43,565 nt of DNA, from the NCBI RefSeq assembly GCF_018977255.1, contig NW_024705450.1:1-43565 (forward strand), given 5' to 3'. Made by a program: the position numbers and the translations under genes. The notes under the pieces were generated by a model. That model saw only the letters and a list, made by a program, of their open reading frames with translations. It was not told where the DNA came from and searched no databases. Each line of letters opens with the position of its first letter. Within the stretch, counting starts at the first letter, position 1. Source of the stretch: Callorhinchus milii. Its lineage: Eukaryota. Below, piece by piece: positions 33,297-43,565 of the stretch.

Positions 33297-36200
33297 GGGA
33301 TCAATTCTGTGAGCCAAGTGTGCTTCGTAGCCCAATTATGGATGGGAAGTATCACAAGGACATACAAGTAAGGCTAAAACCGACAGGCAGACAGGGGGAG
33401 ACGATCGCGACCCTTTGTCATTCTCGAGCGACCCAAAACTGATACTCAACTATGTTGGAATGTCACATGGTTCAAGGCCACTGATAACGGCACCCAAAAG
33501 TTTTGACTGACCGAGTGTCGAGCTTTGTAACGCTCGTAACTGCTAAAAACAGAGCTCCGCATTAAAGGGCGCGATGCCCTGTGACCAAGGATTTATCGGC
33601 TAGCTTGGTAGAGGATAGAACGTTATTATGTTGCTTATTCACCATCGACATGCGACTCTGGTATTCCTTCCGCAATTTCGAAAGGGAACCGCTAATTTCA
33701 GGATTCATAAGTTTATCTAGTGTCAGACTAGCGGTTCTGACAGAGTAGTGCCGGACCCTTCTGTACGAAAACAACTATCCATTTGTAAATCTCTTTGAAA
33801 GTACACCGGGAGTGAAGTGAGGTTGCTAGTTGTTACATGTGCGGCCACGTAGTCTGCCAGAAATATGGTGCTCATAATAGCACGACGGTGACTGTTCTGT
33901 ACCTGGTCGCTAGCCGAACCGTACCCATTAACTGGCTATGACTTGGGTAGATGCTTCTCTGCACGTACATAGTAGTGTTGACACAATAGGATGGAAGACG
34001 AGAGACGGTTGTACCGTTTTTTTGAATGAGGGATTAATTCCGCTGATGGATTACTTTCGCCTCGGGTGGTGGATGTGCATCTAATTAAAAAATAAACACG
34101 ATGTGAAAGCACAAAGGAGGTCCCTAGTAATCTACACACAGGGAATCTACGGCTTGAAATCTGTAGGCCCAAAGTCCGGGAGCCCCGTAATGCGTGCTTA
34201 CCTCAACATTATCGTTCTGGAGCGAGCTGACTAATTATGGGAAAACCTTAGCCAGCTGGGAGGGCTGAATACCTACATGCGTTTTCCGACCGAATGAGGA
34301 AGCATGGTGGCCAGGTTTTCTACACTACCTATGGCGATGCTGGATATCCCTCCGAACGGAGACTTAGAACAGCTCTATTCACTCCAATCTCTTAAAGAGA
34401 CTACGCTTAATAGCTATCGTCCCCAGCGATATTAGGATCGATGGCACTCTCGCTACGGACAGCGAGTTCAGTTTATTTAGCGGACGGATGAGCAGGTGGG
34501 GGTATAGCGTACTTACATATTCGGCGTGATAGAAGAGGAAACTTGGGAAAGTAATCTTACTGCTCAAGAATAAACTAATTAATACCATTCCTTGTACGCG
34601 ATTGGGAACATGTCACCCGGTTTGTTAGACGCAGCATACAGTAATCTAACTCCTAATAGGCCTCGCATACCGCACTCTCGTTTCCAAAACCTTCTGTGCA
34701 ACTTGTGCTCCCGGCGAACGGGACTATGACAATAAAATCGTGAGCGTTAACGAGCCCTCAAACCACTAGGCGAACTTTGTCCTGACTACCGTTCATGCGT
34801 GCCGATCTGAGTGGGCCCACGAAAGTGCAGTAAAGCAGGACGTGCGTTCTGTTGGCCCTGGTAGAGGCAAACCACGCCTCACCACAGCCATTCGTTTACT
34901 ACGATCATGCACAAGGGGGTTTCTTGAACCTGCATTCCGCTCTGTGAGGGATAGACAGCTCTCTATATTAGAATTAATTCGCGAATTAGCAAGTTTACCG
35001 ACTCAACAGCGCAGAGTTAAAGGATGTGTTTCAGCTTCATGACTAAGCCCTACTGGGAACAGACAAGGGTGATAATAGGCAAATTCTCACTTCCCTATAG
35101 CAAGTTAAATATCGGCTATGGCGGTTAGAACCCTCCATAGGGCCTTTATTTGTCAGCAGGGTGATATAAGGGATGAGGTCAGGGCGAATCTTAACAGAAT
35201 AGAACCTAGAGACTGCAGCGAACTGTAGGACCCTAGGACACTTCCCGAAGAAATAAAGGCTTCAGATGAACAATTATTTTGTATAGTGCTACCTAAGCAT
35301 TAACCACATTTTTGATTTCGAAGATCATGGAACCAGCCATCCACATACATCAGGACATTTACCCAGATTAGAGTCGACACCATTACACGCACCTCGACCT
35401 GGTATCCAGCGTAGATTCAGGTACGCCCCTTAGTTAATGGTCGATTAGTTCTCTTAGCATCCTCCCGATTCAACAGCCCCGCCGGACGATTAGTGCGGAC
35501 TCCCCTGTTTGTGACTATCTACATAGTAGGATACATTTACCTGGACTAAAATATAGACCCTGAGCTAAGGTCCGCACGAAGCTAGAGCTGTAGGAAATGA
35601 CAGGTCCGACCCGTTAAGTGCTAGCTACTCCGAATCCTAGTGATGTCTTTTGAAGTTGGCCAGCTGTGTGGGGTAAGAGCATCAGAGTGCGTCGAAATGA
35701 GATACTCATAATAGTGGTGGTGAGTTAAAACGCTAAACGAGCGGCCACTCCTGCTCACAGTTCGTTCGTCGTGATTAGCACGGACAGCCAATGGGAAAGC
35801 AAGTTGAATATGCGTCGGATGGTGCACCATGTTTGGGGATTCTGTGCGAGACGGGTTCATCGCCCCCACGGTTCAGCGTCAATATAGGGTAGCCTGATAG
35901 CTGCGACATGACATGTACGGCTCTATTTGGACCCCGAAAAAGACCCTCATCGGCTTTGAAAGAACTGCACTTGAATATATAGAAGCCGCTGCTAGTTAGG
36001 TAATTTTTAAATTTCTCTCGCGCATCAAGGTCGATGATGAATTTTAAGCTACCGGACTGTAAATTACAGGCTCACCTCTCAGGTGGCTCTCGCCCGGCGG
36101 CGAAGAGAAGGTTAACATGTGGTACGCGAGACAGATCCGCTGCGCGGCCGCGCGGCACTCGTTTATTAATTTACTTATTTAAGTAACGTACCGAGCGCAA

Positions 36201-39200
36201 TTTAGCATATGCGTACTGGACACCCATCGTTGTGCGGGACACTGTGTTAAGGTTTAACCGTTGGCAGGTGAATCTCGCGTGCCACAGTTGCAGAGATATA
36301 AGTTGGTATACCGCTCGCCCCCGGAGTGGGGTAAGGCTCAAATAAAGGCACTCTCGCTGGAACCGGTATTCCGCGCTATCGGCTTGGCCATCGCATCGCC
36401 GTCGTATCGGTTCACTGGGGCGAGGTAAAGCAGGACCGTGGGATTTTATGGACGGATTGTGGGACCGTACCACGAATTGCAGAATAACATCGTGCAGTTA
36501 TCTAGTTAGCCTCCTGTTTCGTACTGCAGCTTGATGATGGGTAGGCGCATAACCCTAGCCTGGTGGATTATACATCCTGATTCAAAAGGACGGAATACTG
36601 GAACCGCGGTCTCGGGCTGTCTAGGGAAACGACTAGGCTTTGAGGCTATGGGCCTGAAGAGGCGGCGTGCGCTCGGCGCTCTTCAGGACTATCGACAGCA
36701 CTTATCGACTCTGCGGAGAAGTCCGACTGGTCGTTTCCTAATCCTCCCACAGGCTATGGCGATTATTATACCGGAACTCAAGCACAGGTTGCTAAATTAG
36801 GGAGAGCCTGCTACTTTTGCAACGTAAGCGCTACGTTACTAGGTGGCGTGTCATACTCTGTATAGGAGGGTGTGTGGCGGGATGATGTGCGTGCTTCATG
36901 AGACCTGACACGGATGATACGACACAACGGTCGTCCCATTCATGGAGTCTCTTACGATAAGTCACAGTTCGTCAGTGCGAGTTTTATATCACAAAACTAG
37001 ATCACACTGTAGGTAGCCGTGTAACCTTAGATTACTACAAGGTAAGGGTTCGTTTGGCATGCACGCAAGCATCGACAGAAAGGTGTCGTTAGCGCCGCCT
37101 GGAATGCGAAAAATGTACCACTCATTGTAAAAAAGATAATTTGGTTAGTATGGGAAACCTGAACCGCGAATCACGCCGTTACCTAGTTGCGGCCAGCTCC
37201 AGTATAAATGGTTACGGTGTCCTGCCTTCGGACCTCAGGCACTATGGGAAGGTGAAAATGAGAGAAGGAGCAGTTCGCGACCTTGAACCTAGAGGATCGC
37301 CGTGGTACGAAAAATACTTTACAGCGTTAGATGTAGAGACTCCCAGGCATGTTCAGGGTAGAACGGCTATAACGCTTCCCTGAGGGGCAAGGTTCATCAC
37401 AACGGACAGGCCTACCAAGAGAACAAAGCTTCCTACTTGTCGTAATAGATGGGGCGAACCAAAGCAAGCTTAGTAATGCCTAGCCTGAAGGCTTTGACCG
37501 AGATAGAGTCCCCCGTAGAAGCCAATAGGGTTTTATGATCTAATACTCGTAAACGTTTCTCCGGGCAATTAAGCTCATCCATAATATATTATACCTTGAC
37601 AAAGGTGGTGATAGCAGATAGCCTGCAAGGGTCCCACCAACGAGCTGATTCACGGAATGCGAATTAATTAAGAGATCCGAAGGCACCGGAGCATCTATTG
37701 CGTCTGTTTCTAAGGTGAGCAATACACTATGTCGCATATGGTTTGGTGACGAAATAAGCCAAGCTCATGCACCCTATACTTCAAGTCAACGAAAGGATGA
37801 CAATAGCCTACGGATATGCCCAACGTGAGCAACGTTCTAAAATTCAATGTCGGTTTCAATACTCACAAAGGGAAAAGTGGAGGCTAATTCACCCCTGTCC
37901 GTGGCAATTATATTATTGCACCCAAATTATTTTACCTTGTAATTGTAATCGCAAAGTAGGTAAGTTCTCCATTTGGACTCCACGCTCGTAAAGCGAGAAG
38001 TATTCTATTTAGTTGTGTCGGTTAATCATACCTGGTCACTGCAGCCTCGAGGATGTTCCGATTTCCACTTTTTCAGCTAAGAAAATAGGCTCGGAGTTGT
38101 GTATGAATGACTCCTTAGGCGGCGTGCATTGCGCCAAGCCCCTAGGGATATTGTACTTCTTAAAACCTTCTCCAATTTACCTAGGACATCGGGGGGTTAC
38201 ATAAAGGGCAGAATACCATGCGTCCCCAAGATCCAGCGCTGTCGGTAGGGATGTTTTAGATGAGGGAGCGACCTGATCCACTCGGGAGACATGGCTGTAC
38301 CACCACCTAGTAAGGGACTTCGTTAAATTCTACTTGTCCACTTCAACTATTCACTTAGACCGGTGAATACCTATCCATCGGGCAGCTGGGTCGTGGATGG
38401 CCTTTAGCTCTTTTCCCGTGGCTATATCAAGATCATGAGTCAAGACTGGCCATGATCTGAAAGTGTACTCGGCAAATAGGTACAGAACCTTCACCCAGTT
38501 ATTAGTCCTGGTTGTCGATAGGCACTATAGGCACCCTGCCATGTTGAGTAAGCGGAAAGACTATAGATTCACGCTCGTCGACTTTAGCTCTGTCGCGGAT
38601 AAAAACTATAGCCGGATAATGGAATAGAGAAAGTTGTGTTCGACAATAATGAAGTTAAGGGCTGAGAATAGAACAAATGCCTCCATATTCTAGAATGCCC
38701 AGCTCTGGCTTCTCCAGCCGACAAAAGGTTTGTACTGCGGGGATTAACTGTTGAGGTTACATGCCCAGCATCCGGGGTCTCTTATGAGTGAATTTAGGCA
38801 ACGCGCATGCGAGTCGAGCCGTGCTGCCACGTAGTTTGTCGTTTGCCGCTGCAGTGAAGCGGGACACTAGGTGTGATCTTGCCCAAGCGCAGGCGAAAAG
38901 GTTCAACGGAGCTGGGGCCCCGAGTTCTCTCGGTGAGAATTCTGATACTAAACATCCTTGTCTCGTCCTTCGACTCACTTCTGCCGGGCAACGATATTCA
39001 TTTGTGGCCAGGTCGCTTCTGAAAAAGAGCTACGTAGCTCAGTGGAGACTTATAAATAATTTTTATATTTAAAAATGGTTTATTATAATGTAATATTAAA
39101 CATTATGTTATAGTAAATGTAATATAACCATTAAAATAAAATACTATATTATATAAAACAAATGTAAAAAAAAATGTATTAACAAAAAAGGTGTATTATA

Positions 39201-39239
39201 TATTGAATATTATAATATGAAATATAAAACAACCATTAA

Positions 39240-39750
39240 GGGGCAATCCATTTAGTAGGTACGCAAAAATCTGTCAAAACTTGGGACCCCTCCTCAACTC
39301 CCCGTTCGCACGCGGACTTTTTACACACGAATCCTATAGAATGGCCGATATTTAATCCACGCAGAAACGAGCAAGGATCAATCATATGAACGTGTTTAAG
39401 CAAACAGATAGTCCACCGCCGGCTGCATTAAAGAATGAGGTTACGTACCTCGGCCACTGATGTTGCTGAGCTGCGTGACAGCTGCAGTCAGGGGCACGTG
39501 GCACACGAAGTGACGTCTCTGCCACAGTTCCACTTCTCCCGGCAGGACTTGTCGTCTGACCGCTGGAGACACTGAACTGTGGGCTCATTTGAAGACCAAT
39601 ATAGACAAATCGTCATCTCGTCGAGGCTTCAATCCCCCCCCCCCCCGTTTCCTATGTGTACGTTGTCAGTAGACCCCCACATACGCAAGCGTACACATTT
39701 GGGTTAATCCCCGCTCCCCCTTCATACGTACGTACTAAATGGATGGCTCC
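39240..39750. mobile_element. PIF/Harbinger-type MITE
   Basis: About 24-bp TIR GGGGCAATCCATTTAGTAGGTACG / CGTACGTACTAAATGGATGGCTCC with TAA TSD. Confidence 0.8.
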
Positions 39751-40253
39751 TAATATTATATAATACTGTATATTATATATTTTAAAATATATTATTAAAA
39801 AAATCGTATTTTTATCATAAAAGGTTTATTATAATATACTCTTTGGTGCTTTGGGTAAAGCCACGTAAGTAGAAAATAAAAATAAAAAATTACATATCAC
39901 ACTGATGGATGATTTTTTAAATCCTTTATATTAAGTTCACTTGCTTGCTTGCTTACGACCGTCCAAATCTTGCGGTCGTTTTTTTAACCCACTTCCCGTG
40001 ATCCAATCCAGCTGACATTTTCTACACAGACTCGTTGTGCGTGACAATTAATGTTCGTGAAATTTTTTTTCCAAAATTTGACACTTTTTAGGACAAAAAT
40101 ATCATATTTAATTACCAATTGCTTAATGGTGTTATGCAATTATCTGACCCATAGGTGGCAGCCATCTCAACCAGAGGACGAGAGGACTCTAGCCGCCACG
40201 CATATAAAGGATTTAGAGTGAAAAACTTTGTTTTAACGGGTTATACTTGTTTC

Positions 40254-40294
40254 CGCCTGAGGACGATCACTTGTTTTGCGATCGAAACGTCGTG
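40254..40294 (+). ncRNA. Minimal type-I hammerhead ribozyme motif
   Basis: CGC CTGAGGA C GATC acttgttttgc GATC GAAAC GTC GTG. Confidence 0.7.
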
Positions 40295-40411
40295 ATTTAT
40301 TAATTTTCAGTTTTAATTTTCGACCCACGTAACTTTACCGACAGAACTAAAGAGTATGGATTCCGGCAGTCACGAAAGCTTCAAATAAAAAAATAGTTTA
40401 TTATAATATTT

Positions 40412-40646
40412 CTAGATTTGAAGCTTTCGTGACTGCAAGGATTCATACTTTTAGTTCTTTAGGTAAAGTCACCAAGTAGGTAAAAAATTTAATTAAAATA
40501 AATAAAAATAAAATAAAAATCACGACAGTCCCACCTGATGACGGAGACTTGTGTTGCCTCCGAAACGTCGTGATTTTTATTATTTTATTTTTATTAATTT
40601 TAATTTCATTTTTTACCTACGTGACTTTACCGAAATAACTAAAGCG
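40412..40646. mobile_element. Penelope-like-derived fold-back retroelement with central hammerhead
   Basis: 13-bp TSD TATTATAATATTT (40399-40411, 40647-40659); inverted arms. Confidence 0.7.
40532..40572 (+). ncRNA. Minimal type-I hammerhead ribozyme motif
   Basis: CAC CTGATGA C GGAG acttgtgttgc CTCC GAAAC GTC GTG. Confidence 0.72.
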
Positions 40647-40990
40647 TATTATAATATTTAATATACATTTTTTTAAAACCTCTGGAAAAAATGTGAGCTA
40701 TTAGTGGGTGAGTTTAACACGTATGTTTTCGCTATGTCAACATCATAAAAGGTTATGAGATCTAACTCAAAACACCCCCCTTTATTATAGAGTAATGGGC
40801 TAACAAACGACCCAAATGTGTTATTTAATACATTTCGATTTAAAGCTTTCGTGACTGCAGGGATTCATCTTCTTGGTTCTTTCGTTAAAGTCACGTAGAA
40901 GGGAAATAATAAAAATAAAACATAATAAAATACAATTCTCACGAAGTTTAGACCACAACGCAAGCAGCCGTTCTCAGGTCAAGCACAGGT

Positions 40991-41277
40991 CTTTACCGAA
41001 AGAACCAAGAAGATGAATCCCTGCAGTCACGAAAGCTTTACATCAAAAGTTTATTATTTTATTATGTTTAATTTTTATTATTTTATTATTTCCCTTCTAC
41101 GTGACTTTACCGAAAGAACCAAGAAGATGAATCCCTGCAGTCACGAAAACTTTACATCAAAAGTTTATTATTTTATTATGTTTAATTTTTATTATTTTAT
41201 TACTTCCCTTCTACGTGACTTTACCGAAAGAACCAAGAAGATGAATCCCTGCACTCACGAAAGCTTTACATCGAAAT
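40991..41277 (+). repeat. 114-bp tandem repeat (2.5 copies) of the same element tail
   Basis: ctttaccgaaagaaccaagaagatgaatccctgca starts at 40991, 41105 and 41219. Confidence 0.9.
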
Positions 41278-41349
41278 AAAAAATGTCATCTTGACGTTAA
41301 GCTGAGAACAGTGCGCCATGAAACAGACCACCTGAGTTTGATTCTCCGT

Positions 41350-42858
41350 CACAGTATACACACACACACAGTGTATACACACAGTGTATACACACACAGT
41401 GTACACACACACAGTGTACACACACAGTGTATACACACACAGTGTATACACACAGTGTATACACACACAGTGTACACACACAGTGTATACACACACACAG
41501 TGTCTACAGTCTACACACACACAGTGTGTGTGTACACACACAGTGTGTACACACACACAGTGTCTACAGTCTACACACACACAGTGTACACACACACTGT
41601 GTGTGTACACACACACAGTGTCTACAGTCTACACACACACAGTGTACACACACACTGTGTGTGTACACACACACACACACACAGTGAGTGTCACACACAC
41701 ACAGTGTGTGTGTACACACACAGTGTGTGTACACACACACAGTGTGTGTGTACACACACAGTGTACGTACACACAGTGTGTACACACACAGTCTACAAAC
41801 AGTCTACACACACACAGTGTACACACACACTGTGTACACACACACACACAGTGTGTACACACACACACACAGTGTGTGTGTGTACACACACACACACAGT
41901 GTGTGTGTACACACACAGTGTACGTACACACAGTGTGTACACACACAGTCTACAAACAGTCTACACACAGTGTACACACACTGTGTACACACACACTGTA
42001 CACACACGGTGTCTACACAGTCTACACACACAGTGTGTACACACTCACTGTGTACACACACACAGTGCACTCACACACAGTGTACACACTCACTGTGTAC
42101 ACACACACACAGTGTACACACTCACTGTGTACACACTCACTGTGTACACACACACACACAGTGTACACACTCACTGTGTACACACTCACTGTGTACACAC
42201 ACACACACAGTGTACACACTCACTGTGTACACACTCACTGTGTACACACACATAGTGTCTACAAACTGTACACACTGAACACAGTCTACACACACAGTGT
42301 GTACACACACAGTGTACACACACACAGTGTACACACACGCACAAGTGTACACACACACAATGTACACACACACTCAGTGTACACACACACACAGTGTATA
42401 CACACACACAGTGTACACACACACAATGTACACACACACTCAGTGTACACACACACACTGAGTGTATACACACACAGTGCACACACACACAATGTACACA
42501 CACACTCACAGTGTACACACACACAGTGTACACACTCACTGTGTACACACAGTCTACACACACACAATGTACACATACACACACAGTCTACACACACTCA
42601 CTGTGTACACACACTCACTGTGTACACACACACAGTGTACACACACACAGTGTACACACACACTCACTGTGTACACACACACACTGTACACACACACTCA
42701 CTGTGTACACACACAGTGTACACACACACACAGTCACAGTGTACACACACAGTGTACACACACACAGTGTACACACACAGTGTACACACACACACAGTGT
42801 ACACACACACACAGTACACACACACAGTGTACACACACACACACACTGTGTACACACA
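41350..42858. repeat. CA-rich cryptic minisatellite (cagtgtacacaca)n
   Basis: Direct reading; explains the His/Thr/Val/Cys-rich ORFs. Confidence 0.95.
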
Positions 42859-42959
42859 ATAATGTAAACATTGTAGCTGCTGAGCTCACCCACCCAAGGG
42901 GTCTCTGTTCAAGAGATGGAGCAATGGAAATTGACTCAAAATAAACTTCAACTCCACTC

Positions 42960-43150
42960 AGCATGACGTCATCGACGTGAACCTCGCTAGTGACGTCATG
43001 TCACCAATGTTTTCCCCTCCACCGCGCTCTTGTGCGTGACGTCACCTCCGCGATGGTCACTGCTGAATCTGTGGAGGGGCGTGGCTTGTATCCCGGAAGT
43101 GACGTCATGTCACTTTCTGCTTCCGCGTGACGTCACGGGGTAACAGGAAG
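42960..43150. promoter_or_regulatory. TATA-less promoter with 5 CRE sites, an ETS-CRE composite, CCAAT and GC box
   Basis: TGACGTCA at 42964, 42991, 43037, 43100, 43128; CCGGAAGTGACGTCA 43093-43107; CCAAT 43004; GGGGCGTGGC 43076. Confidence 0.75.
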
Positions 43151-43194
43151 CTGCCCGCTCCACGCTTTTTCTGAAATCTGAGGTGATGAATTCT

Positions 43195-43565
43195 CGTTGT
43201 TGTTGTTGTGGTTGTGATTGTTGTTGTGATTGTTGTTGTGGTTGTGATTGTTGTTGTTCTTGTTGTTGTTGTTGTGGTTGTTGATGTTGTTATTGTTGTT
43301 GTTGTTGTGGTTGTTGGTTTGGTTGTTGTTGTCATTGTTGTTGTGGTTGTTGTTGTTGTGATTGTTGTTGTTGTGATTGTTGTTGTGATTGTTGTGGTTG
43401 TTGTTGTGGTTATTGTTGTGGTTGTTGTTGTGGTTGTTGTTGTGGTTGTTGTTGTGGTTGTTGTTGTTGTGGTTGTTGTTGTGGTTGTTGTTGTGGTTGT
43501 TGTTGTTGTGGTTGTTGTTGTTGTGGTTGTTGTTGTGGTTGTTGTGGTTGTTGTTGTGGTTGTTG
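43195..43565. repeat. (GTT)n/(GTTGTG)n microsatellite
   Basis: Direct reading. Confidence 0.95.

Noticed and set aside
36143..39040. Palindromes in the random-looking tract (gcgcggccgcgc near 36143, cctgaagag/ctcttcagg near 36653, gagctacgtagctc 39027-39040)
   Set aside because: About the number expected by chance in 5.7 kb; no hammerhead core or shared context
39382..39588. Possible minus-strand exon with donor gag|gtacgt
   Set aside because: Lies inside the Harbinger-type MITE and gives no recognisable protein
41266..42964. Long His/Thr/Val/Cys-rich ORFs up to 492 aa
   Set aside because: Products of the stop-poor CA minisatellite, open in several frames on both strands
43105..43335. Poly-Thr ORF
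   Set aside because: Translation of the (GTT)n microsatellite

Overview
Repeat-rich eukaryotic genomic DNA. GC-rich codons and the repeat landscape suggest a lamprey-like chordate (inference). The main gene is a 12-coding-exon KLHL20-like BTB-BACK-Kelch gene on the minus strand (23947->8053, 593 aa, all GT-AG junctions in frame). A young full-length Ty3/Gypsy LTR retrotransposon (1129-7904; near-identical LTRs, CCAG target-site duplication (TSD), tRNA-Leu primer-binding site (PBS), polypurine tract (PPT)) sits antisense about 145 bp after its stop codon. Introns and upstream DNA hold tRNA- and 5S-derived SINEs, L2 fragments, several MITEs, a Helitron, satellites, an RTE-clade LINE in RT-then-EN (tandem) order, and a dispersed family of short fold-back retroelements carrying minimal hammerhead-ribozyme motifs with covarying stem II and long TSDs. 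A 5.75-kb featureless, random-looking tract follows a 30-N gap (33297-39050). A dense CRE/ETS promoter lies at about 42960-43140. Best leads: the hammerhead-bearing fold-back elements, the altered substrate-pocket residues of this KLHL20, and the LTR insertion in the probable 3' UTR.
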